DNA of 64,000 nucleotides, from assembly GCF_009914755.1 (NCBI RefSeq), contig NC_060928.1; one strand, 5' to 3'. Each line of letters opens with the position of its first letter. The first letter of the stretch is position 1. A model generated the notes under the pieces. That model was not told the DNA's origin. It was given only the letters and a program-made list of their open reading frames with translations, and ran no database searches. Below are positions 25,001 to 41,200 of the stretch, piece by piece. Position numbers and translations under genes: made by a program. This stretch comes from the human T2T-CHM13v2.0 reference genome, Homo sapiens.

Positions 25001-26214
25001 CTGCCTTCTGCCTAGTTTCAATGAAAGGTAAACCACTGGGTGTAAACACAGGCTCAGTGAGTTAAGGAAGAATCTCATGACAGGGAGAAATTGTCCAGGA
25101 GCAAGTAAAAGAAAGCTAGACATTCTAATACATAGAGCATGAACGGTTAAAGTTGTCAGACTGACATGTTTGTAGTTTAATTAACCCCAGTCTAGGAATG
25201 AGTTCTCCAGGAGTGCCTACTGACCCCAGGACACCAGCAGCTTTCTTCTAGGAAGACCGCTCATGCCAGCTTTTTCTCCAACAGGAGTTTATGATTATTT
25301 CTATGATTTTCAGGGTAACAAGGGAAGTGGTAATGGACAATGAAAAAAAAGAGAAAAAAAACTGTACTTCCGACAGAATTTGTTTCTCATTTTTTAAATT
25401 TATTATTAAGTTTCACTTAAGTTTGGTGCAACTTAAGCACCAAACTGTGGACAAATATTATACAGACTACATAGTATGTCATGGGACTTACAGTAGAATC
25501 TTGAGATTGAAGAATTTGAAGAATTGTGTATGCTTTAAAAGCCAATTCCTGCAGGCAATTAACACATTTTAAATGCATCTGGAAACCACCAATTGCTGAG
25601 AACCCATCAGAAAATTTAGGAGTTAGGCCCATGGGAAACACGAAGCCAGTTTGTCTGAGTTTCAAGCATTTCTGTTTAATTGTAACAACAACCAAAAAAA
25701 AAAGTTTGTTAAAATGCTCCAGGAAAGATTCATTTCAGCTATTGGCAAGCTGGCTGTACATAGTGTTGGAGGGTGGCTTTTTATTTTGTTTTGTGTTGTT
25801 TTCGGCTTGTGACAGCTGTTTGAAAATCATCTGTTACCACCATGGTAGCCAGTTACTAGATGAAAGCAAATGCCTTTCTGGATGACTGGAGGAGTTGGAC
25901 CACCAACTAGTAGAGCTATGTTTTAAAAATGCAAAATTGCAAAACTGCCCATCTTGTTTATATGGAACGCTGGAGATATTACACAATTCTGCAAATATGT
26001 TGAAGAGGAAACCAAGTGATAACCATCTGATAGAGTGACTGCAATAAGTGTCCATTTCTGAAACATGAAGGCTTAAATATTTAACTAATAAAGAAATTTG
26101 TAGTAAGGTTTTTAAAATGTCTTATATTCTTTCACTATTTCAAAAATTACCGTTAAAATGCTAATTTCCAAGCATATGCGAAATTACACATGGAGTCCTG
26201 GAGTATCAGGGAAT

Positions 26215-26370
26215 GATAGAATCTGACACTGTGGAGAACACGCTAAGAATTATAATGCCATCATTTTACAGTAGAGGAAACAGAACTCCAGAGAAAACAA
26301 ATGACTTGGCTAATTAATGACTGATCTAGGATTAAACACCAAACCATCTGACTCCTAGTCATGATCTTCC
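26215..26370 (-). mobile_element. MIR fragment
   Basis: tcattttacagtagaggaaacagaactccagag...aaatgacttg...tctgactcctagtc. Confidence 0.55.
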
Positions 26371-26837
26371 ATTGTTGTTCATAACTGAAAATTATACAGA
26401 GGAAATTTTAAGTTTGAAATAAAATAAAATTAGATACTGATATATTTTAATACTAATATATTTTAAAACTAACCTACAAAATTTTTACATTACAGATACA
26501 ACATCATAACACTATATTTCTTAGGCAATGTCATTGTATTATTTGAACTCTGGTAGTAAACACCCCAAAAATGGCATGTGCAAAGGGAAATCTCCAGATT
26601 TAATATTGTATAGTTTAAGATTTACAAATAATATCTTAGAGGCACTGGAAACAGACAAGATGGAAATGGTCTCAAAGACATTAATTAGTTTACTGAACAT
26701 TGTATTTCCTTCCTAAATTGCCTTTTCCTAGGCTAGAATTTTACATTTGTTATTATTCTATCCAGGAAGTAAAAATATTAACCAGTGACAATCAGAAAAG
26801 TCAATATCCCAGGCATAATTATAATTTCCAATAGTTT

Positions 26838-26980
26838 ATTTTCCTTCCTTCCTCCCTCCCTCCCTTCCTTCCTTCCTTCTTTCCTTCCTTGCTTCCTTCC
26901 TTTCTGCCTCCCTCCCTTCCTTCCTCCTTCTCCCCGTCCCTCTTCTTCTCCCTCTCCCTCTCTCTGTCTCTCTTTCTTTT
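26838..26980. repeat. Polypyrimidine (CCTT/CCCT)-like tract at the FAM tail
   Basis: About 140 bp of almost exclusively C/T. Confidence 0.9.
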
Positions 26981-27186
26981 GAGACGATGTCTCACTATAT
27001 TACCCAAGCTAGAGTTCAGTGGCTGTTCACAGGCACCATTACAGTGCACTATAGTTCTGAACTCTTGGGCTCAAGCAATTCCCCTCCCTCAGGATCCTGA
27101 GTAGCTGGGACTCCTGGGCTCAAGCAATTCTCCTCCCTCAGCCTCTTGAGTAGCTGGGACTACAGGTGTGCACTACTTTCCCTAGC
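26975..27186 (-). mobile_element. FAM (fossil Alu monomer) with internal 49-bp duplication
   Basis: Antisense of the FAM-specific segment GCCTGTGAATAGCCACTG is seen as cagtggctgttcacaggc. Duplicated units are 27061-27109 and 27110-27158. Confidence 0.85.
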
Positions 27187-27243
27187 TATAGCCACATAAA
27201 ATTTCTGAGAACCAAAAGATTTACAATTAAAAACCACAGAAGT

Positions 27244-27698
<455 letters not shown>

Positions 27699-30600
27699 CT
27701 AAAGAAGCAGCTGTTGCTTTCTGTTTCACTTAGCCGAAAGATGTCCTCTGTTCTTGGATGCATTTCAGCACATCAGTGAAGATCATAAGCTGTTTGATTG
27801 TTTAAGCAGAAGTTTACACAATCCATAGTTCCAAAATAACCCAACTTTGAAGGATAAACTTACTTTTGGAAGTTAACCAAGTTTTATGAGCTTTTGGACA
27901 TTTCTGGTGACAGCTTTTAATATACTTGGATTTCTAAAGTCAGATTCAAGGGCAGGGTGTTCGTATTACCAGTCATACTCAAAGTTTACTCACATAGGTT
28001 TTACAGACCTTGAAAATGTTATATAAAAAATTACCAACGAATTCTTATACTATTGTTTACATTTATGTTGCTCAAGTCTATGTTATACATTGAGAGGTGT
28101 CCAAATGTAATTCACATACAATCAAATGCATGAAAACTTAAGGTAGAAAGGACTAGAAGCTGACAAGGCATATTTATTTAAATAAAATGTGTTTCTTTCT
28201 GGGTCATACAATTTACAACACATAATACCTTCCTGGAAACTGTTTCATTTCACTATCTTTACTAAATTAACGTTAAATGTTAACCAGGTTCAATACATTT
28301 AGGATAAAATGTCCTCATCAGGTACTAAACCATCATGAAAATTACTATCCTTGTATCCATATATAATAAATAATAAAGATTCTATAAAGTAATAGGCTGA
28401 AAACCATACATATGTGTACATTCACATGCTTACAGATATAAAAGTACTTATATTAATTTTTTAGAAATGACATTATACCATTTAAGAATACATGAAAAGC
28501 TTTCTTATTGATCACATAAGAGACCTACAGGTAGGCAGTCAGTTAATCAAAATATTAGTTAAAGCTGGGACTCATGAAGAATAATACATTAATACCATAT
28601 TAATTTAATGTCACTGAAAATACATAGGTGAACATCATTGCTAGGCTCTGTTTTCTAAGGAGAGATCTATTAGTGGTTGTCCACATGTGTCTTCTGGCCC
28701 ACAATAAATCCTTGGTGAATTCTAGTTTTGGTTTCTTTACAAGGGAGCAAAAATTTTAAGACATAAAGCAATCTGAAAACAGAATGCTTTTAGGTTTTTA
28801 TGATAATTAACTACTTTTGTTTTGTATTTGCCCTCACCATCATCCAATTCAAATTTGGTAACTTAACCTTTACTAGATGTTTCCAAGATGCTAAAACTAG
28901 CTTGTACTGAAACAATGTTTTTTTTTAACCTTTTGGTACTCATGTATCATCGGCTTATATACATTTTATTTAAATATATAATGGCAAAAAAGTAAAATTG
29001 TCATAAATAGCGTGGGGGAATAAACAAAGCTGATCCTGGGTAAACGTACCACTTAACTTTTAGAGTCAGAAATAAGTGAATGTCCTTAGCTGTGAGCATT
29101 CAGCGTGCCTTAAGTGCCAGTCTGTGTGTTTTACTGAGCGAATGGACAGCAGGATTCGTTCCTGCTGTGATTTGGCTGAGTAGGGGATGAAAAAGAGCAA
29201 TACGTTCAGTCAAGAGTGGGAAAATGCCTGCAGAGTCAGGAAGCTGACATAAATTGGTGACAAGTGGTGGTAGGGGCTGTGGTGAGTAAGTGAAGACATA
29301 TCCTCCCCAAAGGTATTAAAATTCTGTTTAAAAAAATCAATGAGAACAAATAAAACATAATGCTCTTTAAAAATTTTTGGTTTACTGTTAGCAATTCTCA
29401 TGGCCTTTTGCAGTTTCCAAAGCTTGAGATATTTGTTGCCAATATGTGGATGATAATGGACAACATTTTGAGATCCTTGCTATTATTGGTAAGAAAGAAA
29501 TGTAAAGAACTATAACATTTTTAGTATAAAACCTTGGTTATGTTTTTCTAATAATATCTTTAATATTCAGTCTAAATCACTCTTAATATATAAAATAGCC
29601 AGTTTGTATGTTCAAGAAGTTTTATCCTTAAAGTTCCCTATCAGTCATTTTATCTCCATAAATATTAAAAAAGAAAAAGGAATTCACTTAGCCTAGAAAC
29701 AGGAACAGTAAAGCAGATCACGTGACTATAAAACTAACCTAAATTTACAAGCACAAAGCTAAAACAGCAATAAAAGATTTCAGATAATTTCTATGCAAAA
29801 TGAGGCAAATGCTCAATGTTGTTAAGAATATGATAATGATATTCAAAAAAAGGATATGTTACACATTTTAATTCATTTATTTCCTCTAGCAAATAAGATT
29901 CCTATACCCAACAGGTACTTAAGGACCTTTGATTACAGTGTGGAAGAAATTGGAGGAGAGGAAAATTACACACCACTCTCATTTACAGTAATGGCTCAAG
30001 GGAAATTGAGAACAAGAAAGAGATTTTTGGCTGCACATCGTTTGGCTAAACCAAAAGAAAGAACTACCCAACAGAGCTGTAACTATTTTTTTTTCCACTT
30101 CATATTTCTGAGAAAGGTGTCAAATCAGGGGACTTTCATCACCTATTTCCTTCTAAGAAGTCTTTTTGTTTTATAGCAGTAAAGTTTTTTGCCACCACAG
30201 GTTCTCTACAGCTCAATCACATCAGAACACCTGCATTTCTTCTTCATGCAAAACTGACATTTGAGGACTGAATCTAAAAAAGTTCCTGAACCAGGAGTCA
30301 GGAGACTAAGATTCTGTCTGTCACCAGGGCTATCACTACATTTGCTTGTCCCTGAATGTCGATCACCAGCTCTAAAATGAGAACAGATTGTACATTATAG
30401 TAGCTAAGAGTGCTCCTAATACTTAAGTGTTATGAAAACTGGTCATCCTAGGATTTTTGCAATGTTGCTATATTGCTCTTGATGCATCTTAGAGGCTTAG
30501 TGAAATATTAGTGAATTTCTTCCCCTGCGAAGAGGACCTAGTTTTCCATAGAATGTTCCTTCATTCTGCAGAAAAATGAGCATATCCTTGTTCTGAGTCT

Positions 30601-30704
30601 TTATTCAGCTCTATTTGGGAATATTCCTGTATTGTGGATTTCTACTGATAAATTTCATCAAAGCACCCCAAATTACAAATTCGCTTTTTCAAACGTGTAT
30701 TGGA

Positions 30705-30920
30705 AGGATGATTGGGTTTAGAGTCAAAAGATGTGTATTCAAATCTGTCTCTCACGTTTAACAGACTATATGTCTTTGGGCATATTATTTAAATACTCTG
30801 AGCCCCACTGTCCTTACCTACAAAGTAAGGATAACACTTCCCTTCTTCAAGGAAAAGTCCATAATGATTAAACAAGACACTGCATTTACAAGCAACTTTC
30901 ACCTCAATTGCACTATAAGG
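30705..30920 (+). mobile_element. MIR
   Basis: gggtttagagtcaaaagatgtgtattcaaatc...ttgggcatattatttaa..ctctgagcc. Confidence 0.6.
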
Positions 30921-31100
30921 TGACTTTTCTAGTGTTGCATGGCAGATAGTAAGCTCCAAATAAATGTGAGAGAATTTAAATTTTGTTTAATCTTCAAAAC
31001 TCACTGGAAAGCCTGTAGAGAAAGCGATTTTTATGGGACATAAATGTTATTATACATGTTATTAGTTATTAATTGTTGGTTGTTCTGCTGAAAATCATGA

Positions 31101-31431
<331 letters not shown>

Positions 31432-32355
31432 AGGTGTGTTTGTTTTTATGAGAATATGCTTCAGGTGAAACTAGTAACGGATCGCTTTCATATCCATTAC
31501 AGGTGTGCCAGCCTTGGCCCATCCTTAGCCTCCTGCTAACTGTATCAGTTCCTCCAGGCAGATGCTCACCCGCTTGAAAGGGAAGTAAAGGACAGCCTGA
31601 GCCAATTTATCAGATATCTTTGCATACCAGGATTTTGTTCTGAAGTAATAAATTTTGTTTTATAACTATGCATTAATTTTGAATGCAGTTTAGCAAGCAA
31701 TGACCAAACTTAAACCTGGTCTTGTACAAAAACAATTCAAACTTTAATGCTGGATTCGTTCTCATTATTTCCATGGTAAAGTAGCTGAAAGATGGTTTTA
31801 AATAATAACACACAATAATATTCATGTCCTATAAGAAAATCACTTTTGCTACTTGCTTTCCAGTGAGTTTTGAATATCAAACAAGATTTAAATTCCACCA
31901 CATTTATTTAGACCTTACAAGGCTCCACAGAAACTAGAAAAGGTAAAAATGCCTCATTATCACACGTGCATTTCATCATAGCTTTATGAGATTCAGAGCA
32001 TGAAGAGCAGAAGCCAGAGCTGTGTCCTTGAACACCTTTCTTAGCTTCCCTATCCATTAGCACAGTAGGTATATGCATAATTGTAATACTAGTTTTTCTA
32101 CTCCTGTCAACAGATCATTAGCAACTAAGAGGAAAGAGTATAATGAATTCTGATTTCCATCAAATTTTCAGCAATAGAAGCAATATCAGAGACTATTCTT
32201 TCAAAAAAACATACATTATTACTATTAAAATCAATCAGTTGTGCTAAATCTAACCACGGGAGGCTACACAATGATTATCCCCAGATTAACAAACATCAAT
32301 ACAAAGAACTATGCTGTCTCAATTCCTCAAATGAAAATAAATGGAAGACTGTTCA

Positions 32356-32787
<432 letters not shown>

Positions 32788-34424
32788 TTACCTGTAAAGC
32801 TCAAGATCCTCTCAGACTAATTATACCTTAATGTTCATGTTGTTCATGGTTATGTTTTTTGATATTTTTATTGCTTTTAAACAAGTGACAGAACACTCTC
32901 TAATTAGAAATTCATCTTATTGTTTTCACCCATATTTAGGCAGGTTTTAATTTGTCTACCTTAAACTCTTTAAAGTTGATAATCTTTCTACTCATTTTTT
33001 TCTGTTAAATGATTTTAGGTATTTCTTTTCATTATAAATAAAATTTGATTTTTATAGCTTAAAGTTAAGCTGAACAATTTTTCTCTTATTTTAATATCTA
33101 TAATTGTTTTGCCTTTCGTAATTTAAAAAATGTGAACTATCTTCCTAGAAGATTTTTGAACACCTTTCTAAGTAAAGAGTTTGGGGGAAAATGACAACAT
33201 ATTCTCTAATATTGAAAAAAAATGACAACATACTGAACAGCATACTGAATATAGTGTGTCAGCATACACTGTGTCCGAGAGTCATCTGGCTGTAATCTAT
33301 ATATCTATATTTATTCACATCAAAAGGAAACATTTCACCATATTTGAAATTTAAGATGTAATTGAAAACTGAGAAAGGGATCATTTGCCTTCAAATGTAT
33401 TTTATTAACTATACTGCTTAAGACTACATTACATCCTATATCCTTTCTTCTTGCAGAATTCATACATGTCAGATTAGCAATGGCAGAGAATGACTAATTT
33501 TTATTACTTATCACAATGATCCATTAACTATGTACTAATTGCCCCTTGTGACTGTCATCCAAGGTTTTTTACATACTTAGATTAATCAAGAGATTCATTT
33601 GTTTGGATTGTGCTTTGCAACCGCTAGAATATTTTCCCCCCATATGATGTCTTTGTTTCAAAACAATGGAGATATTTAATCTTGGTCATGTTTTCAAATA
33701 TAATTGATTTTTTACTCATGCTCTGTGCAATTTCATTAGAAAAGCATTTTTTCTTCTTGTTTTTTTCTTTAAGACTTGTGGATGTACACGTGAAAAGTGA
33801 TTTCTTTTTGTTCTAAGGTCTTTATCCTTCATGAAATAAATATTTGAAAGATCCAAACTGTCACAACTCCAAACAGATGGGAGTACAACTATGAGTAATA
33901 GGTGTTCCTCTAATAATTCATCATTATCTGATCTTAACAAGAAAGCAGTGTTTAGAAAAAGAGCTAAAGAGTAAAGTGTTAAAGAGCAATTTTTAAAAGT
34001 TAACAAAGTGAGGTCTAAGGTTTTATCCTCAGCAGGAAGTATTTAGTTGGCCAAAAACTTAGTAAGCACCTTTGCCTTCCCCTTCTCACTCCTTCTCTAC
34101 CTTGGCCCCCGACCTGGACAAGGAGGCCCCCAGGACTTTTGAGGAATCAGGGACTTTGACTGATGAGATAAATGGGAACTTTGCCTGTCTCTTCTACACT
34201 GTGCCACAGGTCTCTTTGACAGCTATGTGCTTTAGGTTCCTTTAACAGGAGGAGTCATATTTAACAGTCAATTTCCCATGTTTAAAAATTATTATTTCTT
34301 CCTCATTCATGCCTCATTAATGTCATTAAAATTGGGAAATTGTATAATGGCTGCAAATTTCATTGAGAGAATTGTACTGGAAGCCAATGATAATTAAATA
34401 TATACTTGGAGAGACAGTAGGACC

Positions 34425-34640
34425 AAGCAGAAGGGGAGACAGAAAGAGAGAGAGACAGAAAAACAGGCACAGTGAGAGATCAAGACAAAAAAGAGAGAAA
34501 TAGACAAAGGGGGACAGAGACAGAGAGTGACAGGAAAAGAGACAGAGGCAGAGGTACACATAGGAAAGAGAGAGAGAGAGAGCGACAGAGGCACAAAGAA
34601 AGAGAGACAGAGTGAAAAGGAAAAGAGAAAATGAAAAGGC
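34425..34640. repeat. GA-rich low-complexity tract
   Basis: Degenerate (GA)/(GACA) repeats. Source of the spurious 180-aa minus-strand ORF. Confidence 0.85.
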
Positions 34641-37529
34641 ATAATGTTTTTCTCTTCTAGACTTTAAAAATTCATTAAAATTCTGATATAAAAAATACAC
34701 TAAAAAAGTTGAGAAGATCATATCTGAAAATAGTTTGTTAACGTTGATCCATTCCACAAATATTTGCTTTTTGCTCATTAGGTTAAGGCCTGATTCAGGC
34801 CTTCCACTGTGGGGACAGGTCTGTGCATGCAGTGCCACTTGAAAGGACACTCTGGGAGTCTCTGCCACAGGGCATTGATCGAGATTCCTAAGAAGAACAA
34901 AGTTCTCAGCATTTCACAGCAGGGAGTTTGCGGTTAAGCCAGAAAGCAAATGTTATCAGATTCAAGAAATATCAGCACTGCGCCTGTAAGCATCTAGTCT
35001 ACCTTTGTCTACTGCTGGCTTTTAAAATGAACCTTCCTTGCAGGATAGTTTAACTGCTCACACTTAAATTATTCCTAGGGAAGTTTATTTTGCAATCTCG
35101 TTTGGGAAATTTGACTGTTTAAATAAAACAGTCCAGTAACTTTATATTCAGAAATACATTCTTTTAGAATGTTTTATGCTCCCCATTGATGTGATTCTAT
35201 AGCACCATGAAGAACACGGTGAAAAATGTCCCCTGCAGAGGAACACACTAAATGGATGCTGGCTCTGCTCATTGCTTAATCAAGATTGTTCAACCCTGTA
35301 ATATCCCAAGAGGGAAAGCATAATTATTCATATAAGTACTTACATTTAGTTATTATTTATAGGATTTTTAGAAGTAATAAAGCAAATAGGGTAACATTCA
35401 CTTAGTTAAATGTGTCATTTCCAAAGCTTATTTTATCTGATGTGCACAAAGGGGCTAACTAACAAAAGCTGTAAAATAAAAAATGTAAAGGAAACACCAT
35501 GCATTATTACATTTACAACAAGTTCTATCTTATTTCTCACCGGGAACACATAAAACCTTATCTTAATTGTTAATATTACTGAGTTCCTGATCAGTTATAT
35601 ATGTCTTTTTAATATGAGAACTTTATGCATTTTAAAAAAGAAATTAAGTTACAACCAACCCTGGTAAGTAAGCGAAATGAAAGTAAAGGCACAAGACATT
35701 ATGTTACTCACCATGTTCTATCCTGAAAGTCCTTCTCAGATCTAGGTAAGCGTATTACAAGGTCTAATACGGAGACCTGTCTTTAAGACTCTTTGAATCA
35801 AACAGTAACTAAGTGGTTTAAGTAGAAACATGTATTTTGAAAGGTTAATCCACCCATACACAGGGAAACCCCTTTTTTAAGAAAGTCATTCTGCTGCCAA
35901 GAGACTATTAATATTCACCTCTCAGATACAAATACAACCTACAGATAAAAGATTCACAGCCTATGTGAAAATACCACAGAGGATTCCCTCTTAGTCTCTA
36001 TGTTGTAATGGAAACACAAGAAAACAGTATACCTCTTCAGGCAATCAGGAGTACTACAGGAAATCTACCTGCCCACTTAATGGAAAAGTTAGATCAGCTT
36101 AATAGGGCCACAACACATAAACATAAATTTAGAATTAGTATAACTTACTGTAAGGACCACATAGGTCACACACTCATTTCTAGGAATGTTCCTGTGTTTC
36201 ATCTTCCTATTTCTTTCCCTGAGAGAGCTAGCACCCAGGTTAACATTTAAACAGTCAACCTTTAAAGTAATTTAGAAATAAGCTGGTTACCTTTTAAAAA
36301 TAGGACTTGCTGAGTGTTTTCTTACTTAGAGGGGAAATTATATTTAGAGTCTCTATGTGGCTTCACTGGCACTATATCATTAGGAATTATGTGAATTTTT
36401 CTTGCCATACCAGAAAACAGTCTGCATAATCATTAGTAGTGGCAAACCTCTCCAAACTGCTAAAGACATTTGTACCAGTTTGGGAATAAAATGTTTGCTG
36501 ATGAAGTGCCTAATAGTGATTATTATTGATTAGTTATACCATTTGCTTATATTGAAGTATTCATTTGTCAGATAGGCATGGTAAGATTAAGAAAATGGCA
36601 GCTAGCATACTGGCGATATGCTGGAGGAGACATTGTCTCAGAGTTTGATTGTTTGCTCTACTTTAACTCTCATCACAACAGGAGTTAAGACTTCAGAAAA
36701 GCAGATGGACAACGATGAGCCCCTTCTACACTTCCACTTCTACAGACATGCCTTGGGAAATGTGAGACAAAGGGGGCCTCAACATTATCTTTTTCATTAC
36801 AAAATGCTGTAAATATCAATCCTGGTTGGTAAAGCTGTAACTGTTTCTTACATTTTTCTTTACTGTATTTTCTTTTTCTGTACTGTATCTTAGTTTCTGT
36901 ATTTTCAAAAATTTTAAAAAATAATCTATTATATGATGTAGCTTGCATATGCAGTGAACTGAAAAAGAAAATCAAAACAGAGCTTAGGAAGTAAACAGTC
37001 CATCCTTAACCTGAGTTATGAAATTAAATACATCTGATATGAAAATTCCATTGTTTCAAGGTCCTCTAAAGCATTTTGAATATGTCTTTTAAAAAGCCTT
37101 TTAAATGAACACAAAATGACATTTACCCTGTTAGTTTCTTTCAATGTGAGAAAATTAATTACTTAATATTTCATAAGAGTATGCTATTTTAGTGCAATAT
37201 CAAAAGAACAAGGAGAAATTAATCAGTCAACAGCAAGGAGGTTAAAAGTTTAAGCCATCCCTACAGACTGGAATCTTCAGATCTAACTAATGTCTTTCTT
37301 TCCTGAAAGTACTTTTAAAATTACAGAATGCTATGCAAATTCACAATGTGATTGCTATTATTAGAACTGAAGTTTTCCCAAAGTGTGTTGAAAGACGATC
37401 TTGTCTTAAGCCACATGTCTTTTCATTTGACAATCACATCAATTTAAGTGTGGAGGGAGAGTACAGAAGCATATTTCAGAGAGTGCTGATCCAAGCAAGA
37501 AGTTATTTCCATCAAAAACTATGGGATAA

Positions 37530-37629
37530 CTCAGCTACTTGGGAGGCTGAGGTGGGAGGATCAGTTGAGCCCAGGAATTCTAGTCCAGCCTGGGCAACAT
37601 AGTGAGACTCTGCCTCTAAAAAAACAAAC
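37530..37629 (+). mobile_element. FLAM-type Alu monomer, 5'-truncated
   Basis: cagctacttgggaggctgaggtgggaggatc...cagcctgggcaacatagtgagactc followed by an A-rich tail. Confidence 0.8.
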
Positions 37630-37635
37630 ACCCGT

Positions 37636-38235
<600 letters not shown>

Positions 38236-41200
38236 CCCCAAACTCTGAGATGGATGGTGAGGATGGTAATGCTAGTCAAATGAAAATGTAGAAAGACACC
38301 ATATTTATTTATCTCATGGAACTGTTATTGGCAGAGAAGAGTCTATAAAACAGAAAGACAGATGTTGTTATCACTGCTTCTCACCGTTCTAACTGTAGAG
38401 GGGAAACTGGACTCTGTTGAATGCCACCATGAAATAAATGCATTATTTGCACATAAAATGCTGTATTGCTTCTTGTATACATCTAAGCCACCTGACATCA
38501 ACTGTGAGCAGAAACTGGCAATGTGCCAACTAAATGATTTTTACTGTTCACAATAGAGTATTTTGTTTAGTGATTTACCTTCAGGGAAAAATGAGGAAAT
38601 GAGTTAGGAAAAAAATTAATAAAACTTGAAGACCAGTGTCGAAAGTGATCGATCCAAAATTAATTTCACATGTCTGAGGGTACAAGTGTCTGAAGGAAAT
38701 GGGGGAGGAAAGGAGAAAATGAGACTGGCGAAGTAAGACAAGGCCATTTAGAGTTGGGGGGAAAAAAGCAGTCATATTCAATGTTTCTTCTTTTATTCAT
38801 CGAGAGTATTAAAGAGCCTAAGATAACAAAATTTCCAAGCTTTAGGCTTGAGAAAGGGCAAATCCAACTTGTCTCTGAAGATGAGCTGAATGCGTCACTC
38901 AAGAGTAAGATCTCATGGACCTCACCGCGTGCCTCGTGTGTAGGCTGTCCACAGGTGTCCTCGAGAAGACAGGCAAAGTGCTTCCACATGCTTACTTTCT
39001 GGCGAAATTCCAGGCACTCTCCTCCCTCCCTCTCCACCACAGACTCAGGCTGCTTTCCCTCTCGGCCTCCCAACATCCAAGTTCCAAATCATGGGTAAGA
39101 AATGGAGATTGAGTGGAGACAATAAATGTAGTTGTCACAGTTGAGGAAATTATTTTAAAAGTCTTCACCACCATAGGGTGTTTCTACAAAGTGTGATAAA
39201 GCCAACCTGGCAATGTTTGTCCCATTTAAGTACAGTTTCCTCAGGAAGTGTTCGATCTGGATTTTGTCTGTTAGGTGAGAGCTTTCTGTGGATTAGGGAC
39301 ATTTAATGACCCTCCGGTGTCTTTCAAGATGGAGGCCATGGCCTCTTGCCAAACTTTGGTCTTTATTGTTTTGATGAGAGAGGCAAACTAGAGAGTATAT
39401 TCCCATGGCAACTTCAGAACATCATCTGTAATATTACTTAAAGGACAGAGGGTGGCTGTGCTAGAAGTCTCAGCTGGACTGGATATCAAACTAGAAAGGG
39501 TAATAATATGGGCTTGTGTTCTACTCTCTCCTGGCTCAGTTTATTAGGAACAAACTTTAGTGTTAGTTTGGGCTTTCTGCTCTTCATAAAAAAGAATGGC
39601 ATTTTTTTTCTCACAGATACAAACTCATATCACAACTAGAAGTATGGCTAGCTGATTTCAATATTTGATGACTCTTATTTTAGAGAAACAAGTCGTTCAA
39701 TGCATTTTTGCTACATTCTCTTCCATTACTGTATATGTGCTTTTGTCTTTACTCTGACATGGATAGCAAAGGGGTAAACAACACATGATTTAAATCATTA
39801 AAGTATCACAGTTCTGCTTTTTCCTAAGAACTGTAGTCAACTTTTGTTCTGTAAAATGCTGCCAAAAAGAGGATATATCATGTAAACTATTGGGACAGAG
39901 GATGGGCATAAATCTCCTTACTAAAGAGGATGAAAAAAAGGAGATGAACCATGGATGTAGATAAATCAGAAATGCAGCTGTTTGGGACCAAAGTCCAGTT
40001 ATCACTGTAAGCCAGGCCCAAAAGACATGGTGATCTTTAAAAGGCAATCCCAGGTGTTGACAGAGAAGTCCCCAAAGAACTCCTTGACACTCGGGCCCTT
40101 TGACTTTTACCCTCACCATATCTGTATCCTTTTCTGTTTTTTAATACAGAGACATTTGAAGGGACATTTTTCTTATAGCAGTTTCTTGTTTTCAGTTGAA
40201 AATCTAAAATGGAAAAAATAACTTCTAATGTTAAGCTGTGGTTTCCACCTTCTATGACCTTCATTTACAGTCAGTTGTTTTTATATGATCTTCAGATCTT
40301 CACTCCAGCTCTACGGTATTGTGGGGTTCATGCACTTGGGAATAGACAGGAACTCTGGAACTATCAAAACAGTTACGAAAATGATTAAGTTTATGGATAT
40401 TTTAAGGTAAAGTCATTCACTAAGCTGAAGTTTGAGAAGAGCCCTCATTGTTTTATCCCAAAAGACCCAAAAGATTATATAACAAATGTAAAAGTTTACC
40501 TCTAGCACTTTGAAACTCACAAAGACATTTTAAAGCTTGTATCAAAAGTAATTTTATACACCAAGGAGAGAAAACTGTTTATAGAAGTTTAATTTAAACC
40601 AATGCATTATTCTCCAGGGGCATTTGTTCTAACATACTTATTACATATCAGATTCATTTAATCCCTGGAGGCTTCAATTCCTTTATCTAAAAATGAGACT
40701 GGTATACATAGTGCCTAAAAATCCCTTCCCAGTCGAAGAGTTTAATTTGATATCACCCCAAATAGCAAACAACACATTTCCATTTTGATTGGTTTTATGG
40801 CATGAAAACAATAGTCTTCTTAAGGTCCTTTGTATCATTGTGAAAAAATATCCCAAAACTATGACCCTCACATTGCTCTACAGTGTGTATACTCTGAGTT
40901 GATTCTACTTACAGAATTAATAGCATAACTGATTTCAGATATTAAACCAAAGTACCAAAGACCTAAAAGAGTTGGACTCCCAGTACAATTTAACAGTTAT
41001 ATAACAGAATGCTTAATTTCCTGAAAAGGAGTAATTAGGCCTTTAGAAAAGCTGTCTTCTTGTGTACTTCATTGTGCTGTAAAAACATTTGACATTAAGA
41101 AGAAGTACTTCAGTCTTAAGACAATTTTCTCTATTTTACAAAGATGCTAGGATTCTGGAAAGTCAAGCATAGCCAAAGACCCAAAATAATAATTATTTTT

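Noticed and set aside
29146-29168. Perfect 9-bp hairpin acagcagga-ttcgt-tcctgctgt
   Set aside because: A 9-bp stem is expected by chance in 64 kb and is too short for a pre-miRNA.
34326-34868. 180-aa hydrophobic, membrane-like ORF
   Set aside because: It comes from the CT-rich strand of a GA low-complexity tract.
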